From positions 39,349 through 103,348 of IMG/VR virus record IMGVR_UViG_3300044693_000261: 64,000 nt of DNA; one strand, 5' to 3'. Each line of letters begins with the position of its first letter. Position 1 is the first letter of the stretch. Both the position numbers and the translations under genes were made by a program. This DNA is from a virus. Taxonomy: Duplodnaviria; Caudoviricetes. The notes beneath the pieces were generated by a model. The model worked only from the letters and a program-made list of their open reading frames with translations, did not search any database and had not been told where the DNA came from. This document shows positions 53,402-63,158 of the stretch, one piece after another.

Positions 53402-56400
53402 TTACTGCCCGGTAGGCGCGGCAGGCTTGGCGGCCTGAAGGCTCCAGCCGTCGGCCGGGATCTCCAAGGTGTAGACGGTGTCGGTGCCGGTGGTCGAGTT
53501 GTCGTCGACCGCGCGGAACGTCGCTGTGATCGAGCCGTCCGGGTTGACGCTGACCGAGTCGGTGGACTGGTAGGTCTTCTTGAGCTGCAACGGCCCGTCG
53601 TTGTGTCCCGGAATCGAGACGCCCGGGAACGTCAGTGTCCAGCCGTTGCCCGAATCCACCGACTTGCTGATCTGCACACCGCCCGAGCGCGCCTCGTCGG
53701 CCAGCTTCTTCGCGAACGCCACACGCTGCTCGTACTGCCGATCGGAGTCCGAGGTCAGCCGCGCCGGCGTGACGTCGACCTTGCTGATCTTCGCCTCACC
53801 GGTGTTGCCCGCGCTGGCCAGCCGCTCCACGTTCGACCAGTTCTGCGGGTCGGCGTCGTGCATCACCTGGTCGGACATGGCTTTCAGCGCCGCGCCCATG
53901 TCGCCGGTCTTGGTCAGCTTGCTCGGGTAGTAGTTGTCGGTGCTGTTCGGGTCCTTGACTCGGTAGCTGATCGTCGTGCCCTTGTGCTTCTCGGCCAGGT
54001 CGGCCAGCGTCGAGGCCACCGTGTACGGGTGGGTCGGGGCCATGGTGGTCGCCCACGCCGCGATCGAGCGCAGCTGGTTGGCGTTCTTCTCGTCGGTCCG
54101 GTTGACGAAGTCGCCCCGCGACAGCGCCAGACCGGGCGAGTCCAGGCCGGTCGCCTCGGTGTAGGGCGCGGTGTTCAGCGACACGACCCGCACATCGCTG
54201 GGCACATCGGCCTGCGCCGCGTTCGGGGTGTCGGCCAGCAGTGCCCGGGTCGCGCCCGGCCCCTGCGCGATGGCCTCGTCCAGCTTCGCGCGGTTGACGA
54301 CGACCCCGGCCAGGCCGATGCCCAGCTGCTCCTTGGTGTCCCTGATCTCTTGAACGGCCCCACTGCCGTCGCCGGACCAGTCGATGGCGCTGCCGGTACC
54401 CGGGTTGACGGCCGTTTCGTAGTAGCGACCGGCGCGGTCGGCCACGTCCTGGGTGGCGAAGCTGCCGATGCGCTTGCCGGACGGCGCATGCGTCAAACTG
54501 CCATCCGGCGTGGTGAAGAACCAGCCGCCAGCCGACAGTCGCGCACCCTTCCACCTGCTGTCGTCGGTGATCATCTCATTGAGATAGTTCTGGTGCTGCT
54601 GGTAGGCGTCCTGCTTGAGCGAGTCGGGGATGTTGCCTTTGCGCCACGCCTCGCGCACATCGTCGATGCTGTTGAACTGCGACTGTGCGGGCGCGTCCAG
54701 CAGGTTGAGCTGTCCACCGGCGACGGCGTCGATCACCTGCGTCTGGTTGTCCAGGGCTCGCTGCGCTTCCGGGGTGGTCGCCTCCGGGGTGATCGAGGCA
54801 GCCTTGGCCGCGCGCGCCGACGGAGCCTTGACGCGTCGAGTGGCCGCGCCGGAGCGCTGCTTGGGCGGGGTCGCGTTCGGCGCACCCAGCTGGGCGTCGA
54901 GTGCGGCGCGGGCCTTGGTGACCGCCGACTCCAATGCCGCATCGGTAGGCGTGGCCTCGGTCAGCGCCTTCGCCTTCTGCGCCGTGTCCGGGACGTCCTG
55001 GCCCTGCGCCAGTGGCGCGATCGCGTGCGAGACGGGGTTGCCGCTGTAGGCGTCGGCCATGGGCGACCACTTGCCGGGACTGGACTCGACCCACTTCGGC
55101 ATGGTGACGCGGTCGCCGGTGACTGAGAGCGTGACCGGCGTCTGGGCGGGCGCGCCCTCCTCGACCGCGCGGATCTGGAACAGGCCGGCGCTGGCCGGAC
55201 GCGTCTTGGCCGAGCTGGTCAGCCCCATCGAGTTGCGGCCGCCGCCGTAGGTCTGCCCCTCGGCGGTGCCGAGGATTTTGAACACGCGGGCATACGGCGT
55301 GGTCGAGGTGGGGTTGCCGCTCACCGGCGACGTGTCGTACATCATGAAACGCTGACCGGGCTGGGCCTCGAACAGCGCGGCGGTGCCGACAGGCGTGGTC
55401 GAGTAGCTGTGCCTGATCTCGTTGGCGATGCCACGCAGGTGCAGCGAGCCACGGCTGGGCGCGTCACCGTTGACCAGCTGCTCCGTGTCGCCGGTGCGCG
55501 CGCCGCCGCCGTAGCGGGCGGACAACTCGTCGGCGCGGCGCTCCAGCATGGCGATCGCCTTGTCGGGTGCGCCGAGCATGTAGACGTTGCGTGCGCCGTT
55601 GGCCACGCGCATCGTCTCGGCGTCGTCGGCCAGCTGCTCGGGCGTGCGGTCCTCGGTGGCGTAGCGGCCGCGCTGCGGCTTACCGTCGTGCAGCAGCAAT
55701 CCGAGGTTGCCGATGCGGGTGGTCAGCGCCCGGTCGCCGGAGGCGTAGTTGGGGAACACCTTGGCCATGTCGGACGACCGGCTGAAGTTCAGCTGATACG
55801 CGGTGGTCTGGACCAGCGGGTTGGTGGTGTCGCCGTTGGCCACGCGCTGCGCGACCACGTTGGCCACCCCGAACGCGCCCAGCTCGGTCGGGCTCAGGCC
55901 GCTGTCCTTGACCATGCCCATCGGGTCGGTGCCGGCGCGCGACCAGTCGATGGTCGAGCCGCTGGGCCCGGTGCCGCGCTCCAGCGCCTGCATGACGTCG
56001 CGGGCGTCCTTATTGGACAGGGCGGCCTCGGGCATACGGATGTACGCGCCATTTTCGCTGGTGAAGATCGTGTAGCCCTTGCGGTCACTCGTGCGCGCCG
56101 CGAACAGGCCGCCGCCGGGCGAGAGCATCGCCGTGTCCCACTGGATCGTGTTGGGACGCGAGGTGAACTGCTCGACACCGGCCAGGTGCTCGCGCACGTC
56201 GGCGATCGACTTGTACGGCGTCGACACCGGCTGGTCGGTCAGTGGCGTCGGCTCGGTGAAGTCGCGCATGCCGGTAACCGGGTTGACGCTCGGCGACTGC
56301 GCGGCCGCCAGCGCGGCGGCCTTGCGGATCGTCGCGGTCCGCGCGGCCGGCTCGGGCGCGGGCGGCGCGGTCGGCAGCGTCTCGCCCTCGGGCACGCCGC

Positions 56401-59400
56401 CGTACTGCTTGGCGTAGGCGTCCGCGAGCCCGCGCGCGATCTCCCGCTGGGCGTCCTCGGGGCTGACGGCTGTGCCGTCCTGGAGATCCACGGGCACGCC
56501 GGACTGGTCATACAACCGAGACGACCAGGGGATCATGCCGCGCTTGTCGGGGGTGCCGTAGGTGGCCACGTAGTTCTGCCCGACCACCATCTGGGTGCCG
56601 CCAGGGCCGCCGGCGAAGTACTGCCCGGCGGGCTGGTCGACGACGGCCGGGGTGGCCCAGGTCGCCGGCTTGTTGATCAGCGCCGGCGCGTTCGGCGTGG
56701 TGGTGGTCGCGGCGACCTCGGGCGTCGACGCGGCCGCGCCAGGGGTCCCGGCGGCAGCACCCGCGCCGCCGCCGCCGGGGGCGTTGGGGGCATTCGGCGC
56801 GTTCGGCATGCCCGGCTCGCCCGGGGTCGGCACACCGGGCTGGTCGGTGGGGGCGGGGCCGCCGTAGGTGACCGGGTCGAGGTTGCGGGAGCGCATCTCG
56901 GCGTCGATCTGGCCCAGCAGGCTGCGCAGCTTGTCGCGCTCCAGCCGCTTGGCGGCGCGCCGGTCTCGCGCCGAGGCGTTGCGCTTGTCGCGGGTGTCGC
57001 TGCGCAGGTTGCCGGCGAGTTCGCGGACCTTCTCGGCGTCCGGGTGGCTGGAGTCGACCTCGGTGAGCAGGTCGCGCAGGCCCTGGGCGTGCTCGCTGTC
57101 GGTCTTGGACCGGCGCAGGCTCGACTCCAGTCGGGCGCGCGCGGCGGCCGCCCGGTTCTCGTCGCCGGCGTCGATGGCCTCGGCGTAGTCCTCGGCCGCG
57201 CCAGCAAGGCCCGCCTTCGGCTTGGGCGTGGCCGGAACCGCCGGTGCCTGCGGGGCCTCGGGCGCGGCCGGCGCGTTCGGCTCGCCGGCGGGCGGCACCT
57301 TGGCCACCTCGTGGGTCGCCGCGCCGCCCGGCTCATTCGGTGCGGACGGCGCGGCCGGCGCGCCGGTGGGTGGCGTGACGGTGCCGGTGATCGGGCTGGC
57401 GTTGGCGGCGACCGCGTCGCGACGGTGGATCTCGTTCTGGAGTTTCAGCTCATCGACGACGTCCTGTCGGGTCGCGCCGAGCTGGTCGTTTTCCATGCCG
57501 GTCAGGTCCAGGGTGCCGGCGTCGGCCTGCTGGAGCAGTTCCGACACACGGTCCTGCCGGTCGGCGACGTCGGTGGTGACCTCCAGCTGGCCCTCGGGGT
57601 CCTCCGAGAGCCCCATGGCGGCGTCGGCCACGTTCTGCATCTGGTCCAGCTGCTCGGGGCTGATCTGCTCCTCCGGCGACGGACCGGCGTTGACATCGGG
57701 CTGGCCGGGCTCCTGTGATGCGCCTGCGCCGACTGGCCTGTTCGCTTGCGCGCCGAGCGCATCGGCGGCCTGCTGGTCGCCATTGGCGGCGCGTTCCTGC
57801 CGGCGGCGATTGATCTCAGTGCCGAACACGTCGCGCGCCATCTTCGCATCGTGATACGCGGCGGAGTTGCGGGTCTCGCCGGCGGCGGACACATCGCGCA
57901 GTTTCTGGTGAGCGGCGGTGTGCTCGGCCTGCAACTGGGCGTCGGACAGCGCGCCGACGTTGTTCATGTTCCCGGTCGGCTTGTACGGCTCGCCGCCGTT
58001 GTCGTCGCCGCCAGCCTGCGGCGCGCCGCCGCCGGGCGTCCAGTCGCGCAGCTTCTGCACGTACGCGCCGTTGTCGCCGAGGTCGGCCCCGCTGTGCTCG
58101 ATGTGGTCGGCCATCTCGGCGAGGTTGGCCTTGACGTCCTCGGGCTTGACGTTCGCCGGCATCTCGCCCGGGTCGCGGCCGGACGCGAGCGCGCTGGCCA
58201 CGTTCTCGGTCATGCTGCGGGTGGCCGGATCCTCGTCGCGCAGCAGCGCGGTGCCAGCGAGGCTGGCCGCGTGCCCGGCCTTCCCGCCGGGCCCCTTGGC
58301 CATCATGGTGTCGTTGTTGATCCGGTCGGCCATCAGGGCGTGGTCGACCTTGGGTGCCGGCGCGCCGCCCTTGCCGCGCCGCTTCTGCTCAGCCTCGACG
58401 GCCTTCAGGTGCTGCTCGTGCTTGGCGTGGTTGCGACCGTCGGAGACAACCGAGTTGCCCAGCTGGCTGCGGTTGCGGTGGATGTTGGCGGCTTCCTGTG
58501 CCAACTCGTCGTTGGACGCGCTCTTGAGCCAGTCGCCGCGCCCCCGGTTGGAGTGGGTGCGCTGCCGGGTCGCCTCGGGCGTGATCACGCGCGAGCGGTG
58601 TCCCGGCGCGGGCTTGCCGGTAGCGACCTCGGGCGCGTTCGGTGCCTCCGGAACCTTCGGGGCGGCCTTGGCCGGTGTGGGCTTCTTGCCCGTCGGCGCG
58701 GGCTTGTTCAGCTCGCGCATGGCGGTCGGGTGGTCCAGGCCAGCCTGACGGTGCTGGATGTACTGGTTGCGCTTACGCGAGTTGCGCACCTGCATGCGCT
58801 GCGAGTGCGGCAGTTCGGCCATCTCGCGCTCGGGGTTGTCCTGCCAGCGCTGCTGTGTCGTCATGCCGGCGCGCCGGAGGATGTTCTCCGTGCTGTTGAC
58901 GTTCTCCGTCGGGTTGGGGGTGCCCGCGCGGTGCTTGTCGAGCAGCGCCTGCCGGTGTCGCTCGCCCTCGGGGGTGAGGATCACGCCGCCATCCGAGTGA
59001 GGAGTTGCGAGCCCTCGATCGACAAGGCCGCCGGACACGGTGGGATGCGGCGTAGTGCGCAGACTGGCATCAGGGGTGCCGGCGGCCCCGTTCTGCGCCG
59101 CAGGCTTGGCCACCATCAATGCATGCTGCATCTGCGGCGACAGCGTCTGGAGCGGCTTGTCCGGCGCACTCGGCGCGTTCGGCGCACCGCCGGCGGACCG
59201 CTCGGCGATGGCGTCCTTGACCAACTGGTGCGGCGCACTGACCTGGCCGTCGGTGGCGCGGTTGGCCAGCTCGCGATCCAGCTGGTTCAGTTCGTCGTCG
59301 CTGTAGCCGCGTAGCGTCGCCTTGGCGGTGCTGGGCTGCATCCCGACGATGCGGCTGGCCAGCCCGTGAACGTCCGGCGTGGGGCCGCCGACGGCCTTGG

Positions 59401-60220
59401 CGGCGTCGACAACGGCCTGCGCCGAGGGCTTCTCGTGGGTCACACCCATGTCCTGGGTGACCGGCTTGCCCTCGGAACGCAGCGCGTGCGCCTTGGGCCC
59501 CATCGGTTTCATGCCCAGCCGGATCGGGGTGCCGTAGGGCAGGCCCCAAAACTCCTGATCGCGGACGTAGCGCGCCTTGGTCTCGGTCTGCTCGGGCCGG
59601 ATCCCGGTGTACTCCATGCCGTCGCGGTCGCCGGACTTCACCGACAGCAGGTGGGCGTACTTGTTCGCGCCGTGCAGCACGTCCGACCACTCGTACCAGT
59701 CGAGGTCGGTGATGTAGCGAACGCCGCCACGCTTGCGAGCCTGGCGCACCTTGTAGCCGATCGAGAAGTTCTGTTCGTCCTTGTAGAACTTGGCGTTGGC
59801 GTACGCGGTCCGACCGGCCTCGGTCTCCAGGTTGTACTGCGCCTTGACGTACAGCGCGCCGGCCGAGGCGGGCCACGGCTCACCGGTGACCGGCACTGTC
59901 TTGGGCAGGCGCGGGTCGCCCGGCTGCCACTCCTCGCGCACGATGGCCTTGGCGTACGGCGTCTTCCAGTCGTGCGCCGAGACACCCTTGGCTTTCATCT
60001 CGGCCAGGGTGCGCCGGAACGCATTGGGCACGATGACGTCGCCCACGTCGTCGACGACGCCGGTCACGGCGGCCAACAGCTCGACGTCGGCGACCAGGTT
60101 GCCGTCCTCGTCGCGGTACGGGCCGCCAGGAGTGTCGAGCACCCCCGTGGCCTCCGCCGGGTTGCCGCCGGGGTACTGCTTGAACTCGATGTCGTCGCCG
60201 CGATCGAGCGTGTGCGTCAT
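53402..60220 (-). CDS. HK97-family prohead protease fused to about 2050 aa of cargo (probable internal virion polyprotein)
   Basis: DDVGDVIVPNAF, AHDW (His), FSIGY (Ser), YEWS.V..GAN; directly upstream of capsid. Confidence 0.9.
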   Translation of the reverse strand: MTHTLDRGDDIEFKQYPGGNPAEATGVLDTPGGPYRDEDGNLVADVELLAAVTGVVDDVGDVIVPNAFRRTLAEMKAKGVSAHDWKTPYAKAIVREEWQPGDPRLPKTVPVTGEPWPASAGALYVKAQYNLETEAGRTAYANAKFYKDEQNFSIGYKVRQARKRGGVRYITDLDWYEWSDVLHGANKYAHLLSVKSGDRDGMEYTGIRPEQTETKARYVRDQEFWGLPYGTPIRLGMKPMGPKAHALRSEGKPVTQDMGVTHEKPSAQAVVDAAKAVGGPTPDVHGLASRIVGMQPSTAKATLRGYSDDELNQLDRELANRATDGQVSAPHQLVKDAIAERSAGGAPNAPSAPDKPLQTLSPQMQHALMVAKPAAQNGAAGTPDASLRTTPHPTVSGGLVDRGLATPHSDGGVILTPEGERHRQALLDKHRAGTPNPTENVNSTENILRRAGMTTQQRWQDNPEREMAELPHSQRMQVRNSRKRNQYIQHRQAGLDHPTAMRELNKPAPTGKKPTPAKAAPKVPEAPNAPEVATGKPAPGHRSRVITPEATRQRTHSNRGRGDWLKSASNDELAQEAANIHRNRSQLGNSVVSDGRNHAKHEQHLKAVEAEQKRRGKGGAPAPKVDHALMADRINNDTMMAKGPGGKAGHAASLAGTALLRDEDPATRSMTENVASALASGRDPGEMPANVKPEDVKANLAEMADHIEHSGADLGDNGAYVQKLRDWTPGGGAPQAGGDDNGGEPYKPTGNMNNVGALSDAQLQAEHTAAHQKLRDVSAAGETRNSAAYHDAKMARDVFGTEINRRRQERAANGDQQAADALGAQANRPVGAGASQEPGQPDVNAGPSPEEQISPEQLDQMQNVADAAMGLSEDPEGQLEVTTDVADRQDRVSELLQQADAGTLDLTGMENDQLGATRQDVVDELKLQNEIHRRDAVAANASPITGTVTPPTGAPAAPSAPNEPGGAATHEVAKVPPAGEPNAPAAPEAPQAPAVPATPKPKAGLAGAAEDYAEAIDAGDENRAAAARARLESSLRRSKTDSEHAQGLRDLLTEVDSSHPDAEKVRELAGNLRSDTRDKRNASARDRRAAKRLERDKLRSLLGQIDAEMRSRNLDPVTYGGPAPTDQPGVPTPGEPGMPNAPNAPNAPGGGGAGAAAGTPGAAASTPEVAATTTTPNAPALINKPATWATPAVVDQPAGQYFAGGPGGTQMVVGQNYVATYGTPDKRGMIPWSSRLYDQSGVPVDLQDGTAVSPEDAQREIARGLADAYAKQYGGVPEGETLPTAPPAPEPAARTATIRKAAALAAAQSPSVNPVTGMRDFTEPTPLTDQPVSTPYKSIADVREHLAGVEQFTSRPNTIQWDTAMLSPGGGLFAARTSDRKGYTIFTSENGAYIRMPEAALSNKDARDVMQALERGTGPSGSTIDWSRAGTDPMGMVKDSGLSPTELGAFGVANVVAQRVANGDTTNPLVQTTAYQLNFSRSSDMAKVFPNYASGDRALTTRIGNLGLLLHDGKPQRGRYATEDRTPEQLADDAETMRVANGARNVYMLGAPDKAIAMLERRADELSARYGGGARTGDTEQLVNGDAPSRGSLHLRGIANEIRHSYSTTPVGTAALFEAQPGQRFMMYDTSPVSGNPTSTTPYARVFKILGTAEGQTYGGGRNSMGLTSSAKTRPASAGLFQIRAVEEGAPAQTPVTLSVTGDRVTMPKWVESSPGKWSPMADAYSGNPVSHAIAPLAQGQDVPDTAQKAKALTEATPTDAALESAVTKARAALDAQLGAPNATPPKQRSGAATRRVKAPSARAAKAASITPEATTPEAQRALDNQTQVIDAVAGGQLNLLDAPAQSQFNSIDDVREAWRKGNIPDSLKQDAYQQHQNYLNEMITDDSRWKGARLSAGGWFFTTPDGSLTHAPSGKRIGSFATQDVADRAGRYYETAVNPGTGSAIDWSGDGSGAVQEIRDTKEQLGIGLAGVVVNRAKLDEAIAQGPGATRALLADTPNAAQADVPSDVRVVSLNTAPYTEATGLDSPGLALSRGDFVNRTDEKNANQLRSIAAWATTMAPTHPYTVASTLADLAEKHKGTTISYRVKDPNSTDNYYPSKLTKTGDMGAALKAMSDQVMHDADPQNWSNVERLASAGNTGEAKISKVDVTPARLTSDSDRQYEQRVAFAKKLADEARSGGVQISKSVDSGNGWTLTFPGVSIPGHNDGPLQLKKTYQSTDSVSVNPDGSITATFRAVDDNSTTGTDTVYTLEIPADGWSLQAAKPAAPTGQ

Positions 60221-60292
60221 GGGCGTTGTCCCTCCCGGCCTGGTCAGCCGTGATCGTATGAGCGACCGGGAGGGCCTTCGGGCAGGCGCGCC

Positions 60293-62197
60293 CTAGATCC
60301 CGTCGAACAGGCTGGCGGGCATGTTCAGCGCGCCGGTTTGCGCGGTGCCCACCGTGCCGTTCGATCCCAGGCCGTTGTCGTCGTCCTGGGTATTCTTGCC
60401 CTGTTCCGGTCCTCCGTCAACCAGATCGCCGTCGCCACCCAGCAGCCAGCGCTTGTCACGCCGCAGCACATCGGCCCAGTCGTCGTCGCCGATGTCGGTC
60501 TGGACGTCGCCGCCGTTCTGGTCGCCCGGGTCGCCAGCCGAGACGTCGAGCAGGCCGAGGCGGTCGGTTTCCAGCATCAGGTCGTCCAGCGACCCGGGCG
60601 CGGCCTTGAATTCGGCGGTCAGTCGGTCGAGGGCCTTCAGCTCCAGCGGGGTGATCACCACCTCGGCCGACTTGATCCGCAGACCCTGGTCCGCCTCGAC
60701 CACCGGGCCTTCGTCGGCGTCCCCCTCGACGCCGTCGCCGTCATCCTCGGTTTCGTCGTTGTCGAGGAGGGCGTTGCCGAATTCGTCCATCTCGCCCGGG
60801 TCGATCAGCAGCAGCGCCACCGGGTCGACGCCGTCGAACATGGCCGCCTCGTCGTCGTCAGGCATGCCGGGGTCGTACTGCTCCGGATCATCGCTGTCGC
60901 CGAGCAGCGGCATCGGCTGCGGCAACTCCTTCTTGCCCAGCTTGCCGCCGTCCTCGTGGCCTGGCCACACCCCCAGCGCGAGGTGATGGATGTTCGCGGT
61001 CAGGCCCGACAGGATGTGCGGATCGTGCACGTACTTGGCCAGCTGGCGACGCAGCCGGTAGAAGTCGTGAGGCTCGCCCGGCCGCCACTTCGCCCGCGCT
61101 ACCGGGTTGAACGCCCAGTAGCGGCGCAGCTTGGCCGCGCGCGGATCCGGCGAGGCCACCTTCACCTCGATACCGTTCTCGGCGCTCTTGCCCGACGGCT
61201 CGAAGTCGATCGAGGAGGCGTCGAGCATGTGCGTCGCGCCGAGCGCCTTGGCGCGCTTCTTGATGTGGGCCCGCAGCTCGGCCCGCTTGCCCTCCGGGGC
61301 CTCGCCGTAGGCCCGCAGCGCGTTCTTCAGGTCCTCGTGGTTGGCGATCGGGTAGGAGCCGTCCGGCATGGCGGTGCCGGCCTTCGCCATCTGCTTGCGC
61401 TTCTCGGGCGTGAACTTCCGCTTGTACTCGACGCTCTCGAACTCGCCGGCCTTGATCTCGCGGATCACCCTGTGCTCGATGCCAGGGTGCAGGGTCGTGC
61501 ACAGGTCGCCCAGGTCGTTGTGCTCGCACAGCGCCGTCTTGGTCTCGACGTCATGCGTCAGCGCGTACAGATCGGGCCGCAGGTCAGCGCAGACCGCGCC
61601 ACAGGCCGACTTCTCCTCACCGGACACGGGCCACACGTCGTGGTCGGTGTCGCCCTCCGGCGTGGTGTCGTCGTCGCCGTCACTGTCCGGGTCGACACCC
61701 AGCGGGAAGTCCTGCACGTCGTCGCCGACGGCGTAGCGCAGCTTGTCGAAGCGCACCGGACCGCCGTAGCTGACCTGGCTGGGATCCAGGCCGTAGCCGG
61801 CGGTGACATGCGGCAGGTAGCCGGGATGCTGTGCCGGCAAGTCGGGGTAGTCGTCGCTGCCGTTGATCGCGTCGGTGAGGTAGTCGCGCAGGTCCGACAG
61901 GTCGCCCGAGCCGCCGATCAGGTGCACGACGCAGGGGTCCATGTCGCCGTCCGGGCCGCCGGTCGGGTTGAAGTGCGCGGGGCCGACCACGTGGGCGTCG
62001 ATGGGTTGCACGCCGGGCGCGAGGCTGGCCACCAGGTTGCCGAGGTTGGCGCGCTGATCGTCACTCCAGCCGTTCACGTCGTCGTCGTCGCCGAGATACA
62101 GCAGCGTGGCGTGCAGCTCGCTGGGGTCCTCGCCGCCGTCGACCGCGAGGTTGCCCAGGCTGTCGTCGTCGGGCACGAGCGCGATCATTCCGCCCAT
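60293..62197 (-). CDS. Head-region multidomain protein with N-terminal 2H phosphoesterase (Acb1 / 2'-5' RNA ligase superfamily)
   Basis: LHATLLY and PHVTAGY HxT motifs; then AMPDGSYPI and KLRRYW...H...LGVWPG modules, acidic tail. Confidence 0.85.
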   Translation of the reverse strand: MGGMIALVPDDDSLGNLAVDGGEDPSELHATLLYLGDDDDVNGWSDDQRANLGNLVASLAPGVQPIDAHVVGPAHFNPTGGPDGDMDPCVVHLIGGSGDLSDLRDYLTDAINGSDDYPDLPAQHPGYLPHVTAGYGLDPSQVSYGGPVRFDKLRYAVGDDVQDFPLGVDPDSDGDDDTTPEGDTDHDVWPVSGEEKSACGAVCADLRPDLYALTHDVETKTALCEHNDLGDLCTTLHPGIEHRVIREIKAGEFESVEYKRKFTPEKRKQMAKAGTAMPDGSYPIANHEDLKNALRAYGEAPEGKRAELRAHIKKRAKALGATHMLDASSIDFEPSGKSAENGIEVKVASPDPRAAKLRRYWAFNPVARAKWRPGEPHDFYRLRRQLAKYVHDPHILSGLTANIHHLALGVWPGHEDGGKLGKKELPQPMPLLGDSDDPEQYDPGMPDDDEAAMFDGVDPVALLLIDPGEMDEFGNALLDNDETEDDGDGVEGDADEGPVVEADQGLRIKSAEVVITPLELKALDRLTAEFKAAPGSLDDLMLETDRLGLLDVSAGDPGDQNGGDVQTDIGDDDWADVLRRDKRWLLGGDGDLVDGGPEQGKNTQDDDNGLGSNGTVGTAQTGALNMPASLFDGI

Positions 62198-62348
62198 CTC
62201 GCCGCCTTCCGTTCGAGTGTCCGCGCCATCGTCGCAGCCCGGCCGCTTGCTTCGCGGCGGACACGCCACGTACGATGATCGTGCGTTGAAAGGGCCGAGG
62301 TTGAGCGAAAGCTCCCCCCCTGTCCCTCTCTCGCCGGAACCGGGACCG

Positions 62349-62372
62349 CCCGGCACTCCTCGGAGTGCCGGG
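62349..62372 (-). terminator. Hairpin terminator
   Basis: CCCGGCACTC / GAGTGCCGGG stem after the 62395 stop. Confidence 0.6.
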
Positions 62373-62394
62373 CAGTTCGCGTTTTGGGGGGTTG

Positions 62395-63138
62395 TCAGTA
62401 GTCCAGGCGGATGCGCGCGCCGCCGCGCGCCACGGACACGGTGACCGGCTGGCCCACGGGAACATCCGCCGGCCACTCGCCCACGGTGACGAAGCTGTCG
62501 TTGCGGTAGCCGCTGCGGTTCCACGTCCGGCCGTCGTGGTGGTGCTCGATGATGACGTTCTGCCCCGTGGCCATGGCGTCACGAACCTCGACGGGCAGCC
62601 GCAGGTCGTTCACGCTCTTGTTCGAGGTCAGTACCACCGAGTGGCCCTCGACGCGGCTGTCCTCCAGTTCGGGCACCTCGGCCAGCCGCGCGTCGGAGGT
62701 GTGCAGGTGCTGCACCGGGCAGGAGCCGTCAGCGTTCAGGTCCGCGCCGCAGACCATGGGTGGGATGTGGTCGCCGCCCCGGTCGATGGCCTGGATGTCG
62801 CCGATGATCATCTGGCACTGAGCGAGGCCCTTGACGTCGTCCAGCCGGTGGAATGCCCGCACTCGGGCGCGCAGGTTGTCGACGCCCGGGAGAGTGGCCA
62901 GCTCGGCGCAGATGGTGACGATCACGGTGTAGAGAGCGTCGGCGGCGGTCTTGCCGATGGCGATGCCAGTGCGTACGGTCTCGCCACCGTAGAAGGCGGT
63001 GTAGGCCCAGTGCTGGTCGGTGTAGAGGAAATGCAGGTTGCACAGCCGGATCTCGGCGTCGTTGCCGGTGATCTTGTGAACGGTGACGCCCTCGGTCGCC
63101 TCAATGGTCTCCAGCTCGGGGGCCTGCGTCTGCGTCAT
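62395..63138 (-). CDS. Hypothetical protein with its own early-class promoter (moron)
   Basis: AGGGAG RBS; promoter upstream, terminator downstream. Confidence 0.8.
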   Translation of the reverse strand: MTQTQAPELETIEATEGVTVHKITGNDAEIRLCNLHFLYTDQHWAYTAFYGGETVRTGIAIGKTAADALYTVIVTICAELATLPGVDNLRARVRAFHRLDDVKGLAQCQMIIGDIQAIDRGGDHIPPMVCGADLNADGSCPVQHLHTSDARLAEVPELEDSRVEGHSVVLTSNKSVNDLRLPVEVRDAMATGQNVIIEHHHDGRTWNRSGYRNDSFVTVGEWPADVPVGQPVTVSVARGGARIRLDY

Positions 63139-63158
63139 GGTGTTCTCCCTGTCTCGAA

